A stretch of 32,000 nt of DNA from Chlamydiota bacterium. GTDB taxonomy: Bacteria > Auribacterota > JACPWU01. The position numbers and the translations under genes are program-made. The notes under the pieces were generated by a model. It saw only the letters and a program-made list of their open reading frames with translations, was not told the DNA's origin and did not search any database. The stretch is taken from assembly GCA_016196885.1 (NCBI GenBank), contig JACPWU010000026.1, positions 10,082 through 42,081 on the forward strand. Reading direction: 5' to 3'. Of the stretch, positions 7,585 through 14,774 are shown in pieces (positions within the stretch are counted from its first letter, which is position 1; every line of letters begins with the position of its first letter).

Positions 7585-10251
7585 ATGCAGAAGACGGAAT
7601 CGGTGGCAACAAAAACTTCAAATCAATCCGTGAAATTTGTCTATTTTTTTGGGGGCGGCAAAGCTGAAGGCGATGCCAAAATGAAAGATTTGCTCGGCGG
7701 CAAAGGAGCCAATCTGGCCGAGATGACCCATTTAGGAATTCCTGTTCCGCCGGGTTTCACGATTTCGACTCAAGCCTGCCAACTCTATTATGAAAGGTCT
7801 CTTCAGTTTCCGCAGGGGCTCAAGGGAGAAGTGGAATCTGCCTTGCATCATTTAGAAGGCCTCATGGGGAAGCGCCTGGGCGATCCTCAGGATCCGCTTC
7901 TGGTGTCGGTGCGTTCAGGGGCTGCCGTTTCCATGCCTGGAATGATGGACACGGTTCTTAACTTGGGACTCAATTCTCAATCGGTGAATGGGCTTGCCAC
8001 CAAAACTGGGAATGAACGCTTCGCATGGGACTCTTATCGCCGCTTTATTCAAATGTTTGGAGATGTGGTGATGGAAGTAGAGCATCACCGTTTTGAAGAG
8101 GCCTTGACTCAGATCAAGGAGAAAAAGGGGGTTCATTTCGATCATGAATTGGACGCCGTTGATTTAAAAGAATTGGTCAGTCAATATAAAAGAATCGTCC
8201 GAGAAATCAGGGGCCAGGATTTTCCAGAAAGCCCTATAGACCAGCTTTGGCTGGCCATCAGTGCTGTGTTTGGATCTTGGAACAATTCTCGTGCGATTAA
8301 ATACCGTCAATTGAATGAAATTCGAGGCCTTTTCGGAACGGCCGTCAATATTCAGTCCATGGTGTTTGGAAACATGGGAAATACCTCCGGTACCGGCGTT
8401 GCCTTTACACGCAATCCTTCCACAGGAGAGAATAAACTCTACGGCGAATTTTTGATGAATGCGCAGGGTGAAGATGTGGTAGCCGGCATTCGTACGCCCC
8501 TTCCTTTGGCGGAGTTGAAAAAAGTGATGTCTCAAGTTTACGATCAATTCATGGATATTTCTAAAAAGTTGGAGCAGCATTACAAGGACATGCAGGATAT
8601 TGAATTCACCATTCAGGAAGGGAAGCTCTATCTTTTGCAGACCCGTTCTGGGAAAAGAACCGCTCATGCGGCGGTCCGAGTCGCGGTGGAGGCTTTTAAG
8701 GAGGGGCTCATTGACCGAAAAACTGCGATTCTTCGTGTCAATCCGACCCAGCTTGATCAGCTTTTACATCCCATGATTCATTCCAAGACAAAATATCAAG
8801 TGGCCGCGAAAGGTCTTCCCGCCTCGCCCGGCGCTGCCGTGGGGCAAATTGTTTTTTCAGCCTTGAAAGCTGAGGAATGGGATGAGCAAGGTAAAAAAGT
8901 GATTTTGGTTCGCTCCGAGACTTCTCCCGAAGACATTGGCGGAATGGCTGTGGCTCAGGGGATTTTAACCGCTCGCGGTGGAATGACTTCTCATGCGGCC
9001 GTGGTCGCTCGAGGCATGGGGAAATGCTGTGTCGCTGGCTGTCAGGACTTGGCGGTGGATGAGAGTGGCGAGAGTTGCCGCATAGGCAAGAAGGTTTTAA
9101 AGGAAGGGGATGAAATTACCCTCAATGGTTCCACGGGAGAGGTCATTTTGGGGGCTGTCCCTCTGGTGAGTCCCGAATTTAGCGGTGAATTCGGAGAACT
9201 CATGAAATGGGCCGATGAAATCCGCCGCCTCAAGATTCGCACCAATGCAGATACGCCCAACGATTGCAAAGTGGCTCGCCGCTTCGGTGCAGAGGGAATC
9301 GGTTTGTGCCGTACTGAACATATGTTTTTTGAAGGGGATCGCATTGACCCTGTTCGAGAGATGATTTTGGCGGAAGATCGGGTCGGCCGGGAAAAGGCTT
9401 TGGCCAAACTTTTACCTATTCAGAAGGGAGATTTCATCGGAATTTTTGAGGAAATGGAGGGACTCCCTGTCACCATCCGTCTTCTGGATCCCCCCTTGCA
9501 TGAATTTATTCCTCACACGGATGAAGAAATTCGAAATCTTTCTAAAAAAATAAATGTCTCTGCGGAAAAACTAAAGGCCAAGAGTGAGTCCTTGAAAGAA
9601 TTTAATCCCATGTTGGGTCATCGAGGATGCAGACTCGGAATCAGTTTCCCAGAAATTTACAAGATGCAAACGCAGGCCATTTTCGAAGCGGCCTGTGAAG
9701 TCTCCAAAAAAGGGGTTCGAGTCATTCCGGAAGTGATGATTCCCTTGGTGGGAGACGTGAATGAATTAAAGGTGCTCAGAACGGATCTGGAAGAAGTGGC
9801 CAGGGACGTGATGGAAAAGGCCCATGCCAAAATAGAATATTCCTTTGGCACGATGATTGAAATTCCCCGGGCAGCTTTAACGGCCGATGCCATTGCCGAG
9901 GTCGCGCAGTTTTTCTCTTTTGGAACCAATGATCTGACCCAGATGACATTCGGTTTCAGCCGGGACGACGCCGGTGTTTTCTTGAAGGATTATTTGGAGA
10001 AGGGAATTTTACAGGATGATCCCTTTCAGGTCCTGGATCGAAGCGGAGTCGGAGCCATGATGAAAATTGCCATTGAAAAGGGCCGATCTACCAATCCCAA
10101 GATTAAGCTCGGTATTTGCGGAGAACATGGTGGGAATCCTCCTTCGATTGAATTCTGCCATATGTTGGGCATGGATTATGTTAGTTGCTCCCCTTACCGG
10201 GTTCCCATTGCCAGGCTTGCAGCGGCTCATGCGCAGCTTAAAAATGGTTGA
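7585..10251 (+). CDS. ppdK: Pyruvate, phosphate dikinase
   Basis: 888 aa; GGAGG 10 nt upstream of the ATG. Contains ATP-grasp [10 protein letters not shown], phospho-histidine loop [15 protein letters not shown] and C-terminal PEP-utilising motif GICGEHGG. Confidence 0.95.
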   Translation: MQKTESVATKTSNQSVKFVYFFGGGKAEGDAKMKDLLGGKGANLAEMTHLGIPVPPGFTISTQACQLYYERSLQFPQGLKGEVESALHHLEGLMGKRLGDPQDPLLVSVRSGAAVSMPGMMDTVLNLGLNSQSVNGLATKTGNERFAWDSYRRFIQMFGDVVMEVEHHRFEEALTQIKEKKGVHFDHELDAVDLKELVSQYKRIVREIRGQDFPESPIDQLWLAISAVFGSWNNSRAIKYRQLNEIRGLFGTAVNIQSMVFGNMGNTSGTGVAFTRNPSTGENKLYGEFLMNAQGEDVVAGIRTPLPLAELKKVMSQVYDQFMDISKKLEQHYKDMQDIEFTIQEGKLYLLQTRSGKRTAHAAVRVAVEAFKEGLIDRKTAILRVNPTQLDQLLHPMIHSKTKYQVAAKGLPASPGAAVGQIVFSALKAEEWDEQGKKVILVRSETSPEDIGGMAVAQGILTARGGMTSHAAVVARGMGKCCVAGCQDLAVDESGESCRIGKKVLKEGDEITLNGSTGEVILGAVPLVSPEFSGEFGELMKWADEIRRLKIRTNADTPNDCKVARRFGAEGIGLCRTEHMFFEGDRIDPVREMILAEDRVGREKALAKLLPIQKGDFIGIFEEMEGLPVTIRLLDPPLHEFIPHTDEEIRNLSKKINVSAEKLKAKSESLKEFNPMLGHRGCRLGISFPEIYKMQTQAIFEAACEVSKKGVRVIPEVMIPLVGDVNELKVLRTDLEEVARDVMEKAHAKIEYSFGTMIEIPRAALTADAIAEVAQFFSFGTNDLTQMTFGFSRDDAGVFLKDYLEKGILQDDPFQVLDRSGVGAMMKIAIEKGRSTNPKIKLGICGEHGGNPPSIEFCHMLGMDYVSCSPYRVPIARLAAAHAQLKNG

Positions 10252-10366
10252 TTCGTTCTTGGGATCGTCGTTTGTCGTTCGCTATTGGTATTTCGTGAAA
10301 TACAAATAAATAAGTGATAGAATAGCCTTCATACGAAATACGAATGACGAGATACGAGCGACGAAA
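10252..10366. repeat. Heptamer-periodic inverted repeat (ACGAxxx type)
   Basis: Right arm: CGAAATA CGAATGA CGAGATA CGAGCGA CGAAAA (10334-10366). Left arm: TCGTCGT TTGTCGT TCGCTAT TGGTATT TCGT. The core GTATTTCGT/ACGAAATAC pairs perfectly and the rest imperfectly. The element fills the whole ppdK-sigma gap. Confidence 0.75.
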
Positions 10367-11203
10367 ATGTCAGAATCGACAGCGGATCCCGTACAGATCT
10401 ACTTGAAGCAAATCGGAGAGATCTCTCTTCTTTCTCGCGAAGAAGAGCAGAATCTGGCCCGGCTTTCTCAAAAAGGCAATGAAGAAGCCCGACGTGCGAT
10501 GGTCAAGGCTAACTTACGTTTGGTTGTGACCATTGCTAAAAAGTACATGCATTTGGGCCTCTCCTTTTTAGACCTCATTGAAGAAGGCAATCTCGGACTT
10601 ATGAAGGCGGTTGAAAAGTTTGATGTGGAAAAAGGTTGCAAGCTAAGTACCTATGCTTCCTGGTGGATCAAACAAGGGATTATGAGGGCGCTTGCCAATC
10701 AAGCCAAAATGATTCGCCTTCCTGTTTACATGGTTGAAAAGGTGACCTCGATTCACAAGGCTTCAGAGACCCTCTTTAAGAAATTAGGTCGCAAAGCCAC
10801 CCCTGAAGAAATCGGAGGTTATATCGGGGTGGCTCCTGAAAAGGTTTTGGAGCTTCAAAGTATATCCAAAAATCCAGAATCTCTTCATGAAACTGTGGGA
10901 GAAGATGGGGTAAGCGAGCTCATTGATATGATCTCAGATGAGGGAACTGCCAGCCCTCAAAGGGCCCTTGCGGTTCAGATGGTACAGGACAATATCATGG
11001 AACTTTTACATGCGATGGACGACCGAGAAGCTAAAATTGTGACCTGGCGATTTGGTCTTTTTGGAGATACTCCGAAGACATTAGAAGAGATTGGGCAAAA
11101 GATAGGAATCACTCGAGAAAGGGTCCGTCAGATTTGTGAGTTGGCGATTGGAAAAATGCGTGAGCTTTTGAACGCGAAACATCTGAAATACGAAGATTTT
11201 TAA
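10367..11203 (+). CDS. RNA polymerase sigma factor, RpoD/SigA family (short, 278 aa)
   Basis: Region 2: [12 protein letters not shown]...[20 protein letters not shown]...[12 protein letters not shown]. Region 4.2: [28 protein letters not shown]. No region 1.1. Whether it is the primary sigma factor cannot be decided from this window. Confidence 0.85.
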   Translation: MSESTADPVQIYLKQIGEISLLSREEEQNLARLSQKGNEEARRAMVKANLRLVVTIAKKYMHLGLSFLDLIEEGNLGLMKAVEKFDVEKGCKLSTYASWWIKQGIMRALANQAKMIRLPVYMVEKVTSIHKASETLFKKLGRKATPEEIGGYIGVAPEKVLELQSISKNPESLHETVGEDGVSELIDMISDEGTASPQRALAVQMVQDNIMELLHAMDDREAKIVTWRFGLFGDTPKTLEEIGQKIGITRERVRQICELAIGKMRELLNAKHLKYEDF

Positions 11204-11749
11204 ATGAAAACGCTTGAAATTCCTCAAGACCTCACCCAACCATTAAAAGACATCATTCGAGATGTACCAGATTTTCCCAAGAAGGGGATTTTGTTTAAAG
11301 ACATTACACCTCTCTTGAAAGAGGGCCCTCTTTTTCGAGAAGTGATTCAGCATCTAGCCCAGAGGTATCGTGATGCAAAACCCGATGTGATTGTGAGTGT
11401 AGAATCCAGAGGTTTTTTTCTGGGGGCTCCCCTGGCTTTTGAATTGGGAGTCGGTATTGTCCCCGTTCGAAAAAAGGGAAAACTTCCTCGAAAAACAAAA
11501 TCTGTCAGCTATGAGCTTGAATATGGGTTGGATCATCTTGAAATTCATGAAGGCGATTTAAAAAAAGCTCATCGTGTTTTAATTGTGGATGACGTTTTGG
11601 CCACCGGTGGAACCATTTCTGCTGTTGTGAAATTGGTAGAAGATTCGGGGGCCCAAGTGATGGGCATTGATTTTCTCATAGAACTTCTCTTTCTTAAGGG
11701 GCGAGAGAAGTTGAAGAAGTATGAAGTGTTTTCGATGGTGCAATACTAA
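11204..11749 (+). CDS. apt: Adenine phosphoribosyltransferase
   Basis: DFPKKGILFKDITPLL N-terminal block and PRPP loop VLIVDDVLATGGT. 181 aa. The start codon immediately follows the sigma-factor stop. Confidence 0.9.
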   Translation: MKTLEIPQDLTQPLKDIIRDVPDFPKKGILFKDITPLLKEGPLFREVIQHLAQRYRDAKPDVIVSVESRGFFLGAPLAFELGVGIVPVRKKGKLPRKTKSVSYELEYGLDHLEIHEGDLKKAHRVLIVDDVLATGGTISAVVKLVEDSGAQVMGIDFLIELLFLKGREKLKKYEVFSMVQY

Positions 11750-11753
11750 TAAA

Positions 11754-11853
11754 GCAGGGATTAGGGTTAAGGGTGTAGGGTTTTAGGGAGTAAGGATTTT
11801 TATTAATGAAATGCTTATGCCCTACACCCTTAACCCTAATCCCTATCCCCTGC
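11754..11853. repeat. Heptamer-periodic inverted repeat, family C (TAGGGTx type), copy 1
   Basis: TTAGGGTTAAGGGTGTAGGG (11761-11780) pairs perfectly with CCCTACACCCTTAACCCTAA (11820-11839). The outer arms are GCAGGGA.../...CCCCTGC. The apex contains TTTTAGGGAGTAAGGATTTTTATT. It lies between apt and tRNA-Arg. Confidence 0.9.
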
Positions 11854-11861
11854 CTTAAATC

Positions 11862-11936
11862 TGCCCCCGAGACGAGTCGAACGTCCGACCTAGGCTTTAG
11901 GAAAGCCTCGCTCTATCCAAGCTGAGCTACGGGGGC
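11862..11936 (-). tRNA. tRNA-Arg (anticodon CCT)
   Basis: The reverse complement folds by hand into a cloverleaf: acceptor GCCCCCG/CGGGGGC, D arm GCTC..GAGC, anticodon stem AGGCT/AGCCT with loop TTCCTAA, T arm GGACG TTCGACT CGTCT, discriminator A. No encoded CCA. Confidence 0.9.
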
Positions 11937-11981
11937 GTTATAAGTTTCACTAATCTAATACAAAGCGGAGCAGGTGAAAAG

Positions 11982-12629
11982 ATGAAAAATAAAATTTTGC
12001 AAAAGAAAAATGTTCTTCTCCCTCCCAAAAAATCCCTTTCCATTCAAGTTTGGAAATGGTTGGTTTCTTATCGTTCCTCTTTGCTGGGGTTGACTTCGAT
12101 GGTCTTGCTTGTAGGATTGATGGGGGGAGGATGGTTCTCTTATCAAAATTGGCGTCAGGACAAGGCCATGCGTTTATTATCTGACGCAAAGGACGATAAC
12201 GTATTGGATCAAGTCATCGAAAAATATCCTAAGACTCCCGCAGCTCTCTATGCCCTTATTGGACAGGGTGCAAGTAAAGTAGAGCAAGGCAAGATGTCGG
12301 ATGCCATACAAGCTTATGAAAAATTTTTGTTTCTCTATCCCCGTCATCTTTTTGTGCCTTGGGTGAAAAATGCCCTTGGAGAGTGCTACCTTCATGAGAA
12401 GCGTTTTGCCGAGGCAGAGGTTCTTTTCAAGGCGCTTTCTCAAGCCCCAGATTCTTCTTTTCTAGAAATCCAGGTCAAGATGAATTTGGCTCGGCTAGAG
12501 ATTATGAAAGGTCGGGTGAACCAGGGAGTAGAGGAGATTAAGAAGTTTCGCGAGAATCATTCCACTGCGATATGGAAGGACAATTTTGAAGCTTTTGTAA
12601 GATTTAATTCTAAGAATGTCCAGAAATGA
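11982..12629 (+). CDS. Membrane-anchored TPR-like protein (YfgM-like architecture)
   Basis: One N-terminal TM helix (LLGLTSMVLLVGLMGGGWF) followed by helical repeat sequence with TPR-like A/Y/L spacing (AIQAYEKFLFLYP, ALGECYLHEKRFAEAEVLFKAL). The family assignment is an inference. Confidence 0.55.
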   Translation: MKNKILQKKNVLLPPKKSLSIQVWKWLVSYRSSLLGLTSMVLLVGLMGGGWFSYQNWRQDKAMRLLSDAKDDNVLDQVIEKYPKTPAALYALIGQGASKVEQGKMSDAIQAYEKFLFLYPRHLFVPWVKNALGECYLHEKRFAEAEVLFKALSQAPDSSFLEIQVKMNLARLEIMKGRVNQGVEEIKKFRENHSTAIWKDNFEAFVRFNSKNVQK

Positions 12630-12669
12630 GCTATTTTCCTTGTTTCAAAGGGGTTACGGAAAATTTTTC

Positions 12670-12698
12670 TTGACCTATTACAGTCAGTTAGATAAACT
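12670..12698 (+). promoter_or_regulatory. Possible sigma70-type promoter (TTGACC-17-TAAACT)
   Basis: TTGACC at 12670-12675, 17-nt spacer, TAAACT at 12693-12698. It would give a roughly 260-nt leader ahead of the beta-barrel gene. The -10 element is weak. Confidence 0.3.
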
Positions 12699-12966
12699 GG
12701 CCTTGCTTATCATTAAAGGGGGTTTTGGGTTTACGGCATTTCTTTTTGAGAGGCTGTTCAGAAAGAGACATTCCAAAAGGTGTCCGGACGTGTGTCAGGA
12801 TGACTTTAGGCGGTCTGTTTTTCAGCAGCCCAAACATCGCAAACAACATCATAGGCAGCTTTAGTCAGGCAAGAAAGGGGGGATGGTCTTTATTTTTTCG
12901 CCTTGAACTGCCCAGGTGATGATGATCATAAATCTAAGTGAGAAAACAAGATAAGGGAGGGTATAG

Positions 12967-14283
12967 ATGAAAAAGATACTTTCGAGTATCGTATTCTTGC
13001 TCGTCCTCTCGGTATTTGCATCTGCTGAAGTTCAGAATGTGAAGGTGTCTGGTGAATTGAGAAATCGTGGTATTTTCTCCACCAGCGTGATTGACCTTAC
13101 AGATAATGAAGATACAGTACCAGATGACGACATCGGCTATTTTGCGCAACGGGCGCGGATCAATGTTGAAGCCGATCTAACGGATAATGTCCTAACGGTG
13201 ATCGAGCTGGAGGCTTCTGGCATTGTGGGCGATAAAGATGTGGTCCGCAATTCCGATGGCACCACCGACGTCGAGGGCAGTTTCCACACAGATGAGAATA
13301 CTGTGAATGAAGGCAGGCGCCAGAAAGATGGCTACGAGGTTAGGGTGAGCCAAGCTTATGTCCAGGCAAGCGAGCTTTATTATACGCCGCTCACGGGTAA
13401 GATTGGCCGTCAGTATCTTAACTTCGGCAAAGGTTTTCTCATCAGTGATAATGAAAATGAAATTAATTTCGATGCCATTCGTACAACATTAGACTTTTAT
13501 CCCATTATTGTGGATGCAGTCTATGCGCGTTTGGCAGAGAGAAGTTCTCAAGAAATCACGGCCACGGATGCAGATGATGCCAGTCTGTTTGTTGTGAACG
13601 GGCATTATGCTGCAGACCGGTGGAATGCGGAAGGCTATGTCATAGGTGTGGTAGATGGGGATACCCATTATCAACCTGTGACTGTCGGTTTAAGAGGCGA
13701 TGCCTCTGTGATGGAGCCTCTGCAGCTCTGGGTTGAAGGAGACTATCAATTCAATCAGTATTCTTCAGTACAGGATTTAAGTGCTTGGGCTGTGAATGTC
13801 GGGGGAGTTTACACCTTTGACTTCACATGGCATCCTTCGTTGAACGTTGGATACACTGTTGCCTCTGGAGATGAGGATCAAGGGGATACAACGGACGATT
13901 ATGAAGGATTCCAGGAACTCTTTGAGTATAACTACTATGGTTATGCTTATAGTCCAAGACTGGAGAATATTCAATTCGTTAACGCCAAACTCAGCGTTCT
14001 TCCGATGGAAAATCTGACATTGGCTTTCGACTACTATCATTACTGGCAGTTGGAAGATGCAATTCAGTCCATGGGGGATCCTTTCCAGGACAATGGGGGT
14101 ATTCCTACATTGACCAATGGGACTGACAGTAACTTGGGCGATGAGTTTGACCTGATTGCCGCGTATGATTACACCGAAGATGTCAGCACTCAGCTTTATT
14201 TGGCTTGGTTCGTGCCAGGCTCTGCTTACACTCCGGATGATACAGCTTTTGAGATCAGAGGTGAGATCTTGGTAAGCTTCTAA
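12967..14283 (+). CDS. Outer-membrane beta-barrel protein (porin / alginate-export-like)
   Basis: GGAGG RBS and signal peptide MKKILSSIVFLLVLSVFASA. Alternating hydrophobic beta-strand pattern, many Y/G/D residues, and the C-terminal strand ends in Phe (EILVSF), which is typical of BAM substrates. A strong terminator follows. Confidence 0.65.
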   Translation: MKKILSSIVFLLVLSVFASAEVQNVKVSGELRNRGIFSTSVIDLTDNEDTVPDDDIGYFAQRARINVEADLTDNVLTVIELEASGIVGDKDVVRNSDGTTDVEGSFHTDENTVNEGRRQKDGYEVRVSQAYVQASELYYTPLTGKIGRQYLNFGKGFLISDNENEINFDAIRTTLDFYPIIVDAVYARLAERSSQEITATDADDASLFVVNGHYAADRWNAEGYVIGVVDGDTHYQPVTVGLRGDASVMEPLQLWVEGDYQFNQYSSVQDLSAWAVNVGGVYTFDFTWHPSLNVGYTVASGDEDQGDTTDDYEGFQELFEYNYYGYAYSPRLENIQFVNAKLSVLPMENLTLAFDYYHYWQLEDAIQSMGDPFQDNGGIPTLTNGTDSNLGDEFDLIAAYDYTEDVSTQLYLAWFVPGSAYTPDDTAFEIRGEILVSF

Positions 14284-14308
14284 TCAGGAAAGTTGTTTCG
14301 AGTTTCAA

Positions 14309-14345
14309 ATCCCCCCCGACGTTACGTCGGGGGGGATTTTTTTTT
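14309..14345 (+). terminator. Rho-independent terminator
   Basis: ATCCCCCCCGACG tta CGTCGGGGGGGAT forms a 13-bp GC-rich stem followed by a T9 run. Confidence 0.9.
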
Positions 14346-14347
14346 GG

Positions 14348-14376
14348 CTGACAGAAAGTAAAGTTAAAGATATCAT
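14348..14376 (+). promoter_or_regulatory. Possible promoter for the tRNA-Gln/tRNA-Glu pair (CTGACA-17-TATCAT)
   Basis: CTGACA at 14348-14353, 17-nt spacer, TATCAT at 14371-14376, about 40 nt upstream of tRNA-Gln. Confidence 0.35.
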
Positions 14377-14414
14377 GTTGCGCGCAATGGCTATGAGTGA
14401 GCCATAGACTTTTC

Positions 14415-14485
14415 TGCCGGATCGTCTAATGGTAGGACCGCAGACTCTGGATCTGTGTATCTAGGTTCGAATCCTAGTCCGGCAG
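14415..14485 (+). tRNA. tRNA-Gln (anticodon CTG)
   Basis: Hand-folded cloverleaf: acceptor TGCCGGA/TCCGGCA (a U1-A72 pair is typical of tRNA-Gln), D arm GTCT..GGAC, anticodon stem GCAGA/TCTGT with loop CTCTGGA, T arm CTAGG TTCGAAT CCTAG, discriminator G. Confidence 0.9.
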
Positions 14486-14493
14486 CTTTTAAA

Positions 14494-14594
14494 GGTAGGG
14501 GTTAGGGATTAGGGTGTAGGGTTTAGGGAGTAAGGATTTTTATTCAGTGAAAAACCTTGTCCCTTCACCCTAAACCCTATACCCTAATCCCTGC
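14494..14594. repeat. Family C inverted repeat, copy 2
   Basis: GGGATTAGGGTGTAGGGTTTAGGGAGTAAGGATTTTTATT shares about 38 nt almost identically with copy 1. The right arm is CCTTGTCCCTTCACCCTAAACCCTATACCCTAATCCCTGC. It lies between tRNA-Gln and tRNA-Glu. Confidence 0.9.
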
Positions 14595-14601
14595 ATTTTT
14601 C

Positions 14602-14674
14602 GGCCCCATCGTCTAGAGGCCTAGGACATTACCCTCTCAAGGTAGGGACACGGGTTCGAATCCCGTTGGGGCTA
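14602..14674 (+). tRNA. tRNA-Glu (anticodon CTC)
   Basis: Acceptor GGCCCCA/TGGGGCT, D arm GTCT AGAGGCCTA GGAC (typical of tRNA-Glu), anticodon stem TTACC/GGTAG with loop CTCTCAA, T arm ACGGG TTCGAAT CCCGT. Confidence 0.9.
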
Positions 14675-14683
14675 GTTTATAAA

Positions 14684-14724
14684 GCAGGGATGAGGGAGAA
14701 GGGCGTAGGGTTTAGGGATTTTTA
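14684..14724. repeat. Family C, left arm only
   Basis: GCAGGGA TGAGGGA GAAGGGC GTAGGGT TTAGGGA TTTTTA, directly after tRNA-Glu. It begins with the same AAAGCAGGGA as copy 1, and no complementary arm follows. Confidence 0.8.
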
Positions 14725-14774
14725 AACTATAGATTATAGATCTTTGGTTGTATAGATTTTTTCATCGAGAGTTT

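Noticed and set aside
11759-11790. A TTAGGG-like run (GATTAGGGTTAAGGGTGTAGGGTTTTAGGG) resembling eukaryotic telomere repeats.
   Set aside because: The units are degenerate and only about 4 in number. They form one arm of a hairpin with a complementary CCCTAA arm, inside a clearly bacterial gene context.
12616-12919. Track ORFs 12616-12864 and 12725-12919 in the gap upstream of the porin.
   Set aside because: They overlap each other in different frames, have no RBS, and give basic low-complexity products with no recognisable motifs. The region is treated as non-coding leader.
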